From contig CP074575.1 in the NCBI GenBank assembly GCA_018394315.1, forward strand, positions 1,892,615 through 1,956,614: 64,000 bases of DNA. The letters run 5' to 3'. The DNA comes from Mycoplasmatota bacterium (GTDB lineage: Bacteria; Bacillota_I; Bacilli_A; MAG-NZ). The notes below the pieces were generated by a model. That model worked only from the letters and a program-made list of their open reading frames with translations. It ran no database searches and was not told the DNA's origin. The first letter of the stretch is position 1, and every line of letters begins with the position of its first letter. Of the stretch, positions 34,625 through 43,327 are shown one piece after another. Position numbers and translations under genes: made by a program.

Positions 34625-35209
34625 TTAACTCTTAACTAAGTAATTGTATAGACTCCTAACTTTTGCCTTCAAATCATATATATTTGAATTATTTCTAATC
34701 ACATAGTTAGCTAATTTAATTTTTTTCTCAATATCCATTTGACTTTTAACAATATTTCTTGCTTGTGACTCAGATATTTTCCTAAAAGATAATCTATGTA
34801 ATTGAACTGCTTCATCAGAATAGACTACTACTGTCTCATCACATATATCCTCAAACCCTGCTTCAAACAGTATCGCCATTTCTATAACTATCAAGTTTGA
34901 TTTAGATCTATCTATAAACTGTTTAATTAACTTTTTTATCTTAGGAAGCATTATTGCATTTAATTGAGTTAATTTTTCATTATCTGAAAAAACAATAGCT
35001 CCGAGTTTCTTCCGTTCAATTCTTCCTTGTATATTTAATATTTCACTTCCAAAACATTTTGTAAGCTCATTTATAGTGGATTGATTTTGCTGAATTACAT
35101 GTCCTATTAAGTCAGCCTTTATAATTTCGGCCCCAAGTAATCTAAAAAATTTTGTAACTAATGATTTTCCACTTGCAACACCACCAGTTAGTCCGATAAC
35201 TTTCTTCAT
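34625..35209 (-). CDS. coaE: Dephospho-CoA kinase
   Basis: IGLTGGVASGKS, RKKLGAIVF, ILFEAG. Confidence 0.93.
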   Translation of the reverse strand: MKKVIGLTGGVASGKSLVTKFFRLLGAEIIKADLIGHVIQQNQSTINELTKCFGSEILNIQGRIERKKLGAIVFSDNEKLTQLNAIMLPKIKKLIKQFIDRSKSNLIVIEMAILFEAGFEDICDETVVVYSDEAVQLHRLSFRKISESQARNIVKSQMDIEKKIKLANYVIRNNSNIYDLKAKVRSLYNYLVKS

Positions 35210-35316
35210 AATTACTCCTATTTTTCTTTCATAAATATAGTATTATAGGGAGATATATTTTATCAAAATATGTGGTAATAGTCAATTTATCATAAAAAAA
35301 GACATCCCTTGAGATG

Positions 35317-36036
35317 TCAAAATAATTTTACAGTAAAAGAAAGATTGTTTTGAAACATTTTGTAGATTACCTGTATCTCCTCTTCATTATAATTATCTAG
35401 TGGTTCTGCAGGTAATCTATCAACTGTATTAATGTGTAACTCGGTCGGATTAATCAACTTAACATATTCAATTAATTCAATAAGATTTTCTTTTGAATCA
35501 TTTATTCCTTTTACAAGTAGAACTTCTAAAAAAAGTTTTCCTTCATATGCGTTACTAAACTTAATTAAAGAGTCCTTAAGTACATTTAGATTAATATCAA
35601 AGTGTGGTTTGTTAACTTTCCTAAAAATATCTTTATTAACCGAGTCAATACTCGGAATTACAATATCAGATTTTAACAAAGCGTTAAAAATAATATCTTT
35701 ATGAAGCGTTGTGGAATTAGTAATTACACAAACAGGTTTATCTGTCAATTTCTTAATTCCTTCAATGTATTTACCAATTTCAATATTTAAAGTAGGCTCA
35801 CCAAAACCTGAAAATGTAACCACATCAATTTCATTCTCATCTAAAGCTTTCTTCAATTCGTTCATCGCTACATCAAAATCAGCATATATTCCAAGTTCAC
35901 TCTCTAATTTTCCATAACCACATTCGCAATATATACAATTCATGTTACATCTTTTTTTTTCCGAACCAACTATATCAATTCCCAGCGATTTCCCTAATCT
36001 TCTTGAATTAATTATTCCTAAAATATACATATACAT
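35317..36036 (-). CDS. Radical SAM protein (Tyw1-like, uncharacterised)
   Basis: SRRLGKSLGID, CNMNCIYC (CxxxCxxC), FSGFGEPTL. Confidence 0.85.
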   Translation of the reverse strand: MYMYILGIINSRRLGKSLGIDIVGSEKKRCNMNCIYCECGYGKLESELGIYADFDVAMNELKKALDENEIDVVTFSGFGEPTLNIEIGKYIEGIKKLTDKPVCVITNSTTLHKDIIFNALLKSDIVIPSIDSVNKDIFRKVNKPHFDINLNVLKDSLIKFSNAYEGKLFLEVLLVKGINDSKENLIELIEYVKLINPTELHINTVDRLPAEPLDNYNEEEIQVIYKMFQNNLSFTVKLF

Positions 36037-36038
36037 CC

Positions 36039-36842
36039 CTACTTCTGACAGTTTTTACAATAATAAGTACCTCTTCCACCTACTTTAATCTTTAAAATAG
36101 GTTGTTTACAATTAGGGCATCCGCCATTTTTACCATGAACTAGTAATTCGTTCTGAAACCGCCCTGTAACTCCTAAACTAGATGTATAACTTTTAATGGT
36201 TGTGCCACCCAGGTTGATAGCTTTTCTAAGTATATTTCTAGTTTCAACTACTATACTTTCAAAGTCTTGAATTTTTAATGTATTTGTTATTCTCTCTGGA
36301 TGAAGCTTGGCTAGAAAACAAATTTCATTGACATAAATATTTCCAATCCCTGCGACTACACTTTGATCTAATAAAAAGGGCTTCAGTTGCTTTTTAGAGT
36401 TAAGATTCATTAAATAATCTGCATTGAATTTTTCACTAAAAGGTTCAGGACCTATATGTGATAGATGTTCATTAATTGTAATCTCTTTACTAACTAATTC
36501 CATTGTCCCAAATTTTCTTACATCATGATATCTCACTGTTCTTCCATCATCAAGATTGAAAACAATGTGCTCATGATTATCTACTTCTTCATCTCTTTTA
36601 ATAAAATACTTACCTTCCATTCTTAAATGAGATACAAGATAATAATCACTTAAATGAAACACTAAGTACTTACCTCTTCTTGAGATATCTTCTATAACCT
36701 GGTTTTTAATGGATTTTACAAATTCTTCTTTAGATGTCTTTATAATATTACCATAATAAATATCCACCGAAGTTATTCTAGACCCTAAAATAACTTTCTT
36801 TAAAGTTTCTTTAACTGTTTCTACTTCTGGTAGTTCTGGCAC
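36039..36842 (-). CDS. mutM: Formamidopyrimidine-DNA glycosylase
   Basis: GTG start giving (M)PELPEVE, RRGKY, HLRMEG, C-terminal zinc finger. Confidence 0.96.
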   Translation of the reverse strand: MPELPEVETVKETLKKVILGSRITSVDIYYGNIIKTSKEEFVKSIKNQVIEDISRRGKYLVFHLSDYYLVSHLRMEGKYFIKRDEEVDNHEHIVFNLDDGRTVRYHDVRKFGTMELVSKEITINEHLSHIGPEPFSEKFNADYLMNLNSKKQLKPFLLDQSVVAGIGNIYVNEICFLAKLHPERITNTLKIQDFESIVVETRNILRKAINLGGTTIKSYTSSLGVTGRFQNELLVHGKNGGCPNCKQPILKIKVGGRGTYYCKNCQK

Positions 36843-36870
36843 TTTTATCACCTATTCCCAATTATTAAAC

Positions 36871-39495
36871 CTACTTCATCTTAAATAGATTTTTACCATA
36901 TCCTAAATCAACCTTCAATGGAACTAGTAGTTTTAAGGTGTTTTCCATAATTTCTTGAACTAATTCTTTCATTATTTCTAGTTCTTCAGAAGGCACATCA
37001 AATATCAATTCATCGTGAACTTGAATTAGTAATTTTGATTTCAAGTTCCTTTTTTCTATCTCATTATCTAAATCAATCATTGCTTTCTTAATTATATCAG
37101 CTGCACTTCCCTGAATAGGTGCATTCTTAGCTGTTCGTTCACCAAATGCTCTCACATTACCATTTGATGAATGCAAGTCAGGAAGATATCTTCTTCTATT
37201 CATAATAGTTTCAGAAAATCCATTTTTAACAGCATTCTGAACCACATCTTCTAAATACATCCTAATACCAGGAAACGATTCAAAATACTCATCAATAAAC
37301 TCTTGAGCTCTAGAAGGAGTAATATTTAGCTCGTTTGCTAATCCCCAAGCTCCTTGTCCATATATTATCCCGAAATTAACAGCCTTTGCTTGTCTACGCA
37401 TCATTGAATCAACTTCACTTTGATTAACTTTAAAGACCTTCATCGCCGTTTCAGTATGAATATCTAATTCTTCCCTAAATGCATTAATCAACGTATCAGT
37501 CTTCGACATATGAGCTAATACTCGTAATTCAATTTGAGAATAATCAGCACCTAATAGAAAATTACCTTCAGTTGGTATGAATATTTTTCTGATTAATTTT
37601 CCGAGTTCTGTTTTAATCGGTAAATTCTGCATATTAGGTTCAATACTACTTAGTCTACCGGTTGCAGTTCCTGCTTGCTTAAATATAGTATGAACTCTAA
37701 ATTTTCCATCTTTTTCTAGTAAAACTTTCTTTATTCCATCGATATAAGTTCCTACCAATTTTGAGATAGTTCTATATGCAAGAATCTTCTCGATAATTGG
37801 ATGATGTGATTTTAATTGATTCAATGTATCTACATTAGTTGAATACCCCGTCTTAGTCCTCTTTCCTAAAGGTAAATTTAATTCTTCAAACAATACTATA
37901 CCAAGTTGCTTAGGTGACCCAATGTTAAATTCCTTATTAGCATAACTATAGACTTCTTCTTTCAAGACATTCAATTCATCATCAAATCTTTGCTTTAATT
38001 CATCTAGTTCTTTTATATCAATGATTACACCCTCAAACTCCATCTTTGCTAGGGTCTCAGCTAATTCCATTTCCATTTTAAATAGATCCAACTGATTGTT
38101 ATTTTCTAACTTTTCTAATAATTCTTCCTTCAAATTCTTAACAGCAATGGCTTTTTTAACAGAATAGTTAGCTATAGTAAAATCATCCGGAATGGTTTTC
38201 TTTGTACCCTTACCAAAGATTGACTCTTTCGGTAAGACATCATCATAATCAAAAGATAATCCTATGGATTCTAAATCTTCTTTATTATTAGGATTCAAAA
38301 CATAACTAGCTAGTAAAATATCAAAATCACATCCTCTAAATTCAAATCCTTCCCAAAGCAAAGCAACTTTTGCTGCCTTATAATCATATGTACTTTTCTT
38401 AATTTTATTATCAGCTAGCCACTGTGGTAAGAAAGTCATGTTTTCCTTAATCAAATTAAATGGAATATAAAACGCTCCTTTTTTATTTACGATACTTAAA
38501 CCTAGAATCTTACCTCTATGATAGTTATCATCAAATACTTCAAGGCTTACAAAAGAATCATTTTCTAAGTATTTATCTAACTCATAAATATCATCTGAGT
38601 TTAACACTTTTACTGACACATCAGCTTTTTTAGATTTTTCTTTCTTCATGAAAGAATAAAACTCTAAATCACGGTAAAATTCCATTAACTCATCTTCGTC
38701 ATAACCATTATAGACAGTATCTTCAACTTGTAAGTCAATGGGAGCATCTTTTATTATAGTAGCTATTTCTTTACACAAAAGTCCTAACTCAAAATTATCT
38801 CTTATCTTCTCACCAAGTTTTCCCTTTATATTTTCTTTATCAGCAAATACGTTCTCAATAGTACCATATTGCTTTAATAGTTTAATTGCAGTTTTTTCTC
38901 CAACACCCGGAATCCCTGGTAAGTTATCACTTGAATCTCCCATCAATCCCTTTAAGTCAGTAATTTGACCTGGTTCAATTTCCATTTTCTCATACAAGTA
39001 ACCCGGAGTAAAACTCTCTATTTGAGTAATTCCCTTTTTTGTAATATTAACTGTAATATTATTTGTAGCTAATTGCAACAAGTCTTTGTCACCTGTGAAT
39101 ATTTCAACTTTATAACCTTTATCACAAGCTTCTTTTGCTAAAGTTCCAATGATATCATCTGCTTCATAAAGTTCCTTCTCATATCTTTTAATCCCTAACT
39201 TGTCACAAAGCTCTTTTGTATATGGAATTTGCTCTATCAGTTCTTTTGGCGTTTCACTTCTACCATCTTTATACTCAGGATATTTATCATGTCTAAATGT
39301 CTTTTTACCAAAGTCAAAAGCAACTAAAAAATGAGAAAAATCCTCTTTAGTTAGTTTCTTAATCATGCTAGCAAAACCAAACAAACAATTTGTAGGTACC
39401 CCCTTAGAATTTCTCATTAAATTTCCTGTATATGCTGTTGCGTAATAAGCTCTAAAAATAAGACTGAATCCATCAACTAAAATCACTTTTTTCAT
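36871..39495 (-). CDS. polA: DNA polymerase I
   Basis: 5'-3' exonuclease motifs (YEADDIIG, GDSSDNLPG), ADYSQIELR, KAVNFGIIYG, QVHDEL; start MKKV. Confidence 0.97.
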   Translation of the reverse strand: MKKVILVDGFSLIFRAYYATAYTGNLMRNSKGVPTNCLFGFASMIKKLTKEDFSHFLVAFDFGKKTFRHDKYPEYKDGRSETPKELIEQIPYTKELCDKLGIKRYEKELYEADDIIGTLAKEACDKGYKVEIFTGDKDLLQLATNNITVNITKKGITQIESFTPGYLYEKMEIEPGQITDLKGLMGDSSDNLPGIPGVGEKTAIKLLKQYGTIENVFADKENIKGKLGEKIRDNFELGLLCKEIATIIKDAPIDLQVEDTVYNGYDEDELMEFYRDLEFYSFMKKEKSKKADVSVKVLNSDDIYELDKYLENDSFVSLEVFDDNYHRGKILGLSIVNKKGAFYIPFNLIKENMTFLPQWLADNKIKKSTYDYKAAKVALLWEGFEFRGCDFDILLASYVLNPNNKEDLESIGLSFDYDDVLPKESIFGKGTKKTIPDDFTIANYSVKKAIAVKNLKEELLEKLENNNQLDLFKMEMELAETLAKMEFEGVIIDIKELDELKQRFDDELNVLKEEVYSYANKEFNIGSPKQLGIVLFEELNLPLGKRTKTGYSTNVDTLNQLKSHHPIIEKILAYRTISKLVGTYIDGIKKVLLEKDGKFRVHTIFKQAGTATGRLSSIEPNMQNLPIKTELGKLIRKIFIPTEGNFLLGADYSQIELRVLAHMSKTDTLINAFREELDIHTETAMKVFKVNQSEVDSMMRRQAKAVNFGIIYGQGAWGLANELNITPSRAQEFIDEYFESFPGIRMYLEDVVQNAVKNGFSETIMNRRRYLPDLHSSNGNVRAFGERTAKNAPIQGSAADIIKKAMIDLDNEIEKRNLKSKLLIQVHDELIFDVPSEELEIMKELVQEIMENTLKLLVPLKVDLGYGKNLFKMK

Positions 39496-39551
39496 CAAAT
39501 CATCTCCATTTGTCATTTTATCATATATCAAATCCATATCATAATATTAGA

Positions 39552-40151
39552 ATGAAAAATATTTATATGATAATCCTTTCTTTACTTTTACTTCTTATTT
39601 TACTATTTCTAAAAAAAACTTTGGAGGTGAATATGGAACGAAACTACTTGCTTCTCGTCAATAAAGAAAATCCAGTTTCAAGCGACTTTGTACCAGATGA
39701 TTTAAAAAAAGTATATCTCCCGACAATTTTAAATAAAGAGATTTATATTAGCGAACAAGTTCTAAAATCATATGAAGAATTATATTTGAATGCATTAGAA
39801 GACAATATCAAGTTTTATGTATTTTCAGGATATAGATCTTTCAACTACCAAGAAGAGATCTTTACAAACGAATATATAACTGCTAGACCAGGACATAGTG
39901 AACATCAAATTGGATTAGCTTTAGACGTATCAATTCCTGATGTTGGGTTAACTGAACCATTAGGCAGTCTTCCTGAAGGTATTTGGTTAGAGAAAAATGC
40001 TCATAAATATGGATTTATTATAAGATACCCCGAAGACAAACAACATATTACAAAGTATATATATGAACCTTGGCATATAAGATATGTTGGGAAACATCAC
40101 GCAAAAAAATTATATGAAAAAAATATAACATTAGAAGAGTATTTGGATTAG
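39552..40151 (+). CDS. M15 family D-alanyl-D-alanine carboxypeptidase (VanY/YodJ-like)
   Basis: Reads on the PLUS strand (track strand label is wrong); SGYRS, PGHSEHQIGLALD (SxHxxGxAxD), YEPWHIRYVG; alternative start at 39633 with RBS GGAGGTG. Confidence 0.88.
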   Translation: MKNIYMIILSLLLLLILLFLKKTLEVNMERNYLLLVNKENPVSSDFVPDDLKKVYLPTILNKEIYISEQVLKSYEELYLNALEDNIKFYVFSGYRSFNYQEEIFTNEYITARPGHSEHQIGLALDVSIPDVGLTEPLGSLPEGIWLEKNAHKYGFIIRYPEDKQHITKYIYEPWHIRYVGKHHAKKLYEKNITLEEYLD

Positions 40152-40175
40152 TGTTATAATACAACTGGTGATACT

Positions 40176-41180
40176 ATGCTAATTGAAATAATAATTATAC
40201 TAATAACTGGATTTATGCTTGGAAAAATCTTCGATAGAATGGGTTTACCCAAAATTTTAGGGTATTTAATTACTGGAATCTTGTTTCAACTTATCCCTAT
40301 TGAGGCGAGTATTCTTTCCTTTAAAAAAGAGATTACAACTTTTGCCTTATCAGTAATACTATTAAAGGCGGGACTAGGAATTGACTCAGTTACTCTAAAA
40401 AAAGTAGGAGGAAGAGCAATTCTTTTAGGAATAATTCCTAACATTTTTGAGGGGACAGTTATTACTGTACTATCTATGACCATACTTAAACTACCGTTCA
40501 TTGAAGCAGGCATGTTAGGATTCATTGTTTCTCCAATATCTCCTGCAGTTGTTATACCCTCAATGATAAAACTAAAAGACAAAGGATATAATGGAAACGG
40601 TGTTCCTGTGCTTAACTTAGCGAGCGCTTCAATTGATGATATTATCAGTGTGCTAATATTCAGTATATTCCTAAGTTTATATTTAGGTGGAGTGGCAAAT
40701 GACAGCATTAAATCTATCATCACACCAATAGCTTACATTATAATTATGATGTTTGGATTCTTTATAAATAAGTTATCAAAACATAAAGATAAAATTATAA
40801 GTTTAACTAATAAAATATGGAGTATCGCTCAAGTCTATTTATTTGTTATAATTGGACTACTTGTTAATACTGAAGTTGCATTTACAGTTGGCTTCATCGC
40901 AATAGTAATAATTATCGTAGGACTTTTATTTAGATTGTTAGGAGTGTTCATATGTCTACAGAAGTCTATTTTCAAGAAAAGTGAAAGACTATTTTGTATG
41001 ATTGCGAACCTACCAAAAGCAACTGTCCAAGCAAGCCTTGGAGCTGTTCCATTAATATATGGTGTTACTAGTGGAGAAATGATTCTTGCGATTAGTGCTT
41101 TAAGTATCATAGTCACAGCGCCTATAGGACTTATTTTCATTGAAAAATTCGGACCACTTCTTTTGTCAAAACAAAATTAA
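40176..41180 (+). CDS. Cation:proton antiporter (NHA/CPA family)
   Basis: About 10 TM segments, ISPAVVIP, ASIDD, PKATVQA. Confidence 0.85.
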   Translation: MLIEIIIILITGFMLGKIFDRMGLPKILGYLITGILFQLIPIEASILSFKKEITTFALSVILLKAGLGIDSVTLKKVGGRAILLGIIPNIFEGTVITVLSMTILKLPFIEAGMLGFIVSPISPAVVIPSMIKLKDKGYNGNGVPVLNLASASIDDIISVLIFSIFLSLYLGGVANDSIKSIITPIAYIIIMMFGFFINKLSKHKDKIISLTNKIWSIAQVYLFVIIGLLVNTEVAFTVGFIAIVIIIVGLLFRLLGVFICLQKSIFKKSERLFCMIANLPKATVQASLGAVPLIYGVTSGEMILAISALSIIVTAPIGLIFIEKFGPLLLSKQN

Positions 41181-41185
41181 TAACT

Positions 41186-41222
41186 AAAAAACGTGTTCTA
41201 TCAAGATACACGTTTTTTTTTT
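41186..41222 (+). terminator. Terminator after the antiporter gene
   Basis: AAAAAACGTGT...ACACGTTTTTTTTTT. Confidence 0.75.
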
Positions 41223-41268
41223 AGTAACATAAAATATATAGAAATGATTTTAAATTTAAGGAGGAGAA

Positions 41269-41922
41269 ATGAGTCCATTCAATGAAACTCGAGGAGGATT
41301 TCTATTGCCTTTCCTTATAGGAGCAGCAGTAACAAGCCCACTGTGGTATCGTCCTTGTTGTAGATATCCATACTATCCTTATCCTTACTCATCTGGAGGA
41401 AATTATTACTATTACAATGTCGAAAAAGACTACTATTATGGTGGAGGTTATCCTGGATACCCACCATATGGCTATCCACCATATGCTGGAGGATATGCAG
41501 GTGGTGCTGGAGGCGCTGGGGGTATTGGCCAAGGACCAATCAACGGATTACGAAGTGAAGATCTAAATTATAATGGTCATGGTAAACTCAGACGTAGATA
41601 CGGATATTCACCTTATAGATACCCATATTATCCATACTACCTATATTACCCATATTATCCATACTACCCGTATTATCCATATTATCCTTACCCATATTAT
41701 AAGCATGGGGGATACTATCACCATAAAGGACATAAACACGGTCATAGAGAAAATAACGACGATAACAGCCGAAACCAATCTGGTTTTGGTTTTGGTTTAA
41801 GCTACGGAATAAATCAACTATCAAAATTCCTATATCCTCCATTTAATCCTATTTACTGTTTCAATAGCCCTTATTGCTATTACCATGGTAATCCTTACTA
41901 CCAGTCATTATTACCATATTAA
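41269..41922 (+). CDS. Tyr/Pro/Gly-rich low-complexity protein (spore-coat-like)
   Basis: Strong RBS AAGGAGGAG, own terminator at 41921-41945, YPY repeats and a His-rich patch. Confidence 0.7.
   Translation: MSPFNETRGGFLLPFLIGAAVTSPLWYRPCCRYPYYPYPYSSGGNYYYYNVEKDYYYGGGYPGYPPYGYPPYAGGYAGGAGGAGGIGQGPINGLRSEDLNYNGHGKLRRRYGYSPYRYPYYPYYLYYPYYPYYPYYPYYPYPYYKHGGYYHHKGHKHGHRENNDDNSRNQSGFGFGLSYGINQLSKFLYPPFNPIYCFNSPYCYYHGNPYYQSLLPY
41619..41700 (+). repeat. Degenerate 9-bp tandem repeat encoding (YPY)n
   Basis: TA(C/T)CC(A/G/T)TA(C/T) repeated about 8-9 times. Confidence 0.8.
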
Positions 41923-41943
41923 AGTTATCGTAAGATAACTTTT

Positions 41944-42564
41944 TTATAAATTAAATTTACCCAAAAATTTTTTAACAGGTGAATAGAATAAATTAACCAA
42001 AGGACCTCCACAAACTAATATTATGATTGTACCAAACCATAATTTGTTTGGTAAATCATATAATAAAGCAATTCCTAGACCCAACACCAATACTATAAAC
42101 TCAATTAACTGTTTAACTCTCCCAAATGATATACCGGTTCTTATATGTAATGATTCAACAAAAAAATCAATAGAGGGTAATATTATATTGGTTATTCTCG
42201 CAATATTAATACCTATATTAATAACCACTAAAGCACTTATTAAAGCAATATATCCATAGACTGATGTATTCATAACATTAAAATTATCTAAGATCAAATC
42301 AATGAGATAACCAATATATAAAGCAGTTATTACTATTAATAACACACCAATATTTGGTTTTTCTTTTCTCAAGATATAACCTGCTGTAACTAGAATAACA
42401 GACTGAATTCCAAAAAGAGTCGTAAAATTACTCTTAGTTGCTGCCACAATATTTGCCATAAATAAATCCCAGGGACCAACTCCAACATTAGCAAGCAAAA
42501 TAAATCCAACACCAAATCCAATAAGCGTCATACCAATAAAGTAAAACAATAATCTCTTAAGCAT
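41944..42564 (-). CDS. YczE/YitT-like membrane protein
   Basis: GVGPWD motif, GTII, 6 TM segments. Confidence 0.75.
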   Translation of the reverse strand: MLKRLLFYFIGMTLIGFGVGFILLANVGVGPWDLFMANIVAATKSNFTTLFGIQSVILVTAGYILRKEKPNIGVLLIVITALYIGYLIDLILDNFNVMNTSVYGYIALISALVVINIGINIARITNIILPSIDFFVESLHIRTGISFGRVKQLIEFIVLVLGLGIALLYDLPNKLWFGTIIILVCGGPLVNLFYSPVKKFLGKFNL

Positions 42565-43210
42565 TTAATTTCTCCAAGATATCAAACAGGTCATACATAT
42601 CATCAATCATAAAATCCGGGTTCACTTTTAATAAATGTTCTTTACCCTTAAAGGTCCAAGCAACACCACATGAATATATCTCAGCATTCTTTGCAGACAA
42701 GATATCTCCTTGATTATCTCCTATCATAATTGCTCCTGTATGATCTAGTTTTTCTAATGCTTTGTCTATTGGCTCACGGTCTGGTTTAGGTTTTTCTACA
42801 TCATCAAGAGATATAAAAATATCAAAATACTTATCTAATTCATAATTAGTAAAAGAAGGCCAAGCAGCTTCTTTATATTTTGTCGTTACAATTCCTAAGT
42901 TATATCCTTCTTCCTTCAATTTAATAATTACATCTAATACATTCGGATAAATTTTAAAGTAATCAAATTCATTACTCTTATAATACTCACGGTAATGAAT
43001 TATCATTTTTTGAATTACTTCTTCATCCTTTATATAACTAGAAAACGTCTGATAGAGAGAGGGTCCAATGAATCCCTTATATACTTCTAAGTCAAACTCT
43101 AGGTTTGGAACGTACTCTCTAAACACATCTCTGAACGATTCTATTATTATTTCATTTGTATCAATTAAAGTTCCATCTAAGTCGAATAATAATGTATTAA
43201 CTTTTTTCAT
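42557..43210 (-). CDS. ppaX: HAD-family hydrolase, PpaX-like
   Basis: FDLDGTLIDT, IVTTK, KPKPDREP, MIGDNQGD; start MKKVN. Confidence 0.75.
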   Translation of the reverse strand: MKKVNTLLFDLDGTLIDTNEIIIESFRDVFREYVPNLEFDLEVYKGFIGPSLYQTFSSYIKDEEVIQKMIIHYREYYKSNEFDYFKIYPNVLDVIIKLKEEGYNLGIVTTKYKEAAWPSFTNYELDKYFDIFISLDDVEKPKPDREPIDKALEKLDHTGAIMIGDNQGDILSAKNAEIYSCGVAWTFKGKEHLLKVNPDFMIDDMYDLFDILEKLNA

Positions 43211-43327
43211 AATATACCTCGCAATTTTCTTAATAAAGTATAACATATCTTTTCATAATATTAACCTTAATTGTTATACTATTCACTCTTAGCATTCTTT
43301 AGGCTATAATTATATAGAGGGGATAAC

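Noticed and set aside
39510..40151. Minus-strand label given by the ORF track, and a vancomycin-resistance (vanY) cluster interpretation
   Set aside because: The listed protein translates from the plus strand. No vanHAX or vanRS genes are adjacent, so a housekeeping M15 peptidase is more likely.
27328..41700. Tandem repeats at 27328-27377 and 41619-41700 as CRISPR-like arrays
   Set aside because: They are in-frame coding repeats of 21 bp and 9 bp with no unique spacers, and no cas operon is present.
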